Positions 63,441-64,000 of a stretch of 64,000 bases of DNA are shown piece by piece; position 1 is the stretch's first letter; each line of letters begins with the position of its first letter. A model generated the notes under the pieces. That model saw only the letters and a program-made list of their open reading frames with translations, was not told the DNA's origin and ran no database searches. The stretch lies in the NCBI GenBank assembly GCA_951406725.2, contig OX597820.1, forward strand, positions 105,090,001-105,154,000, given 5' to 3'. The translations under genes were made by a program, and so were the position numbers. The stretch comes from Octopus vulgaris. Its lineage: Eukaryota.

Positions 63441-64000
63441 TGTTAATTTATTGATGCATTTGGGCAAGTCTATGTCTGTATTATCAGACAATTGCAGAGG
63501 GAATTTGGTAGGTACAAACTGAAAGAAGCCTATTGTGTGTGTGTGTGTATTAGCTGTTAACGTCATTGCCATATCAGCGATGCCATTTGCTTCCAATTTT
63601 CCATAGAAACATCCATATTAACTTGCTTGGAAACAGGTGAGGGCATCCAACCATAGAAAATAAATACATGTGCACACACACACACACACACAGTTGTGAC
63701 ATGGGAAACTTTAGTAGTGCTTTTTGCATAAAAATTACAGAGTTAAGTGGAGAATATTACATAATGAGCCCAAAATCTTTTTTAATCAATTAAAAATACT
63801 CTCATTATAAAAAGAAAACTATTAGCATTAATGAAAATTTTTGTCAAGGTAGGTACAAGTGACAAAACCTAAAGATCAAATTGAAAAAAATTGAATGAGT
63901 GCATGTTGTAAGGAGTGATTCTGATTTTTGTAAAATACAAGGATAATTCCAGACATGTTCCCAACTTTTTTCAGACTTTCTTAGTGTATCAGAGTCTGAC

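Overview
AT-rich, gene-poor eukaryotic DNA made mostly of microsatellites and transposon debris. The SINE and RTE families resemble, from memory, those of octopus (coleoid cephalopod) genomes, so this is probably a large intron or intergenic region. No intact protein-coding gene is supportable, and nearly all ORFs in the track are microsatellite or chance ORFs. Clear elements: (1) a full-length 1.7-kb Tc1 (DD34E) transposon at 50029-51734 with TIRs, TA duplication and a disrupted, GC-rich transposase; (2) a decayed mariner (DD34D) at 62337-63440; (3) RTE-LINE 3' fragments; (4) several tRNA-derived SINE families, one using the RTE tail; (5) TTAA, TA and hAT-type MITEs; (6) a solo-LTR-like element at 10716-11773; (7) an ~835-nt polypurine tract. 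Best leads: a predicted intron and ETS-CRE motif upstream of the Tc1 transposase, degenerate hammerhead-ribozyme-like motifs, a G-U-rich pre-miRNA-like hairpin, a possibly A-to-G-edited retroposon tail, and a few unverified orphan exons. Everything was read by eye and repeat boundaries are approximate.
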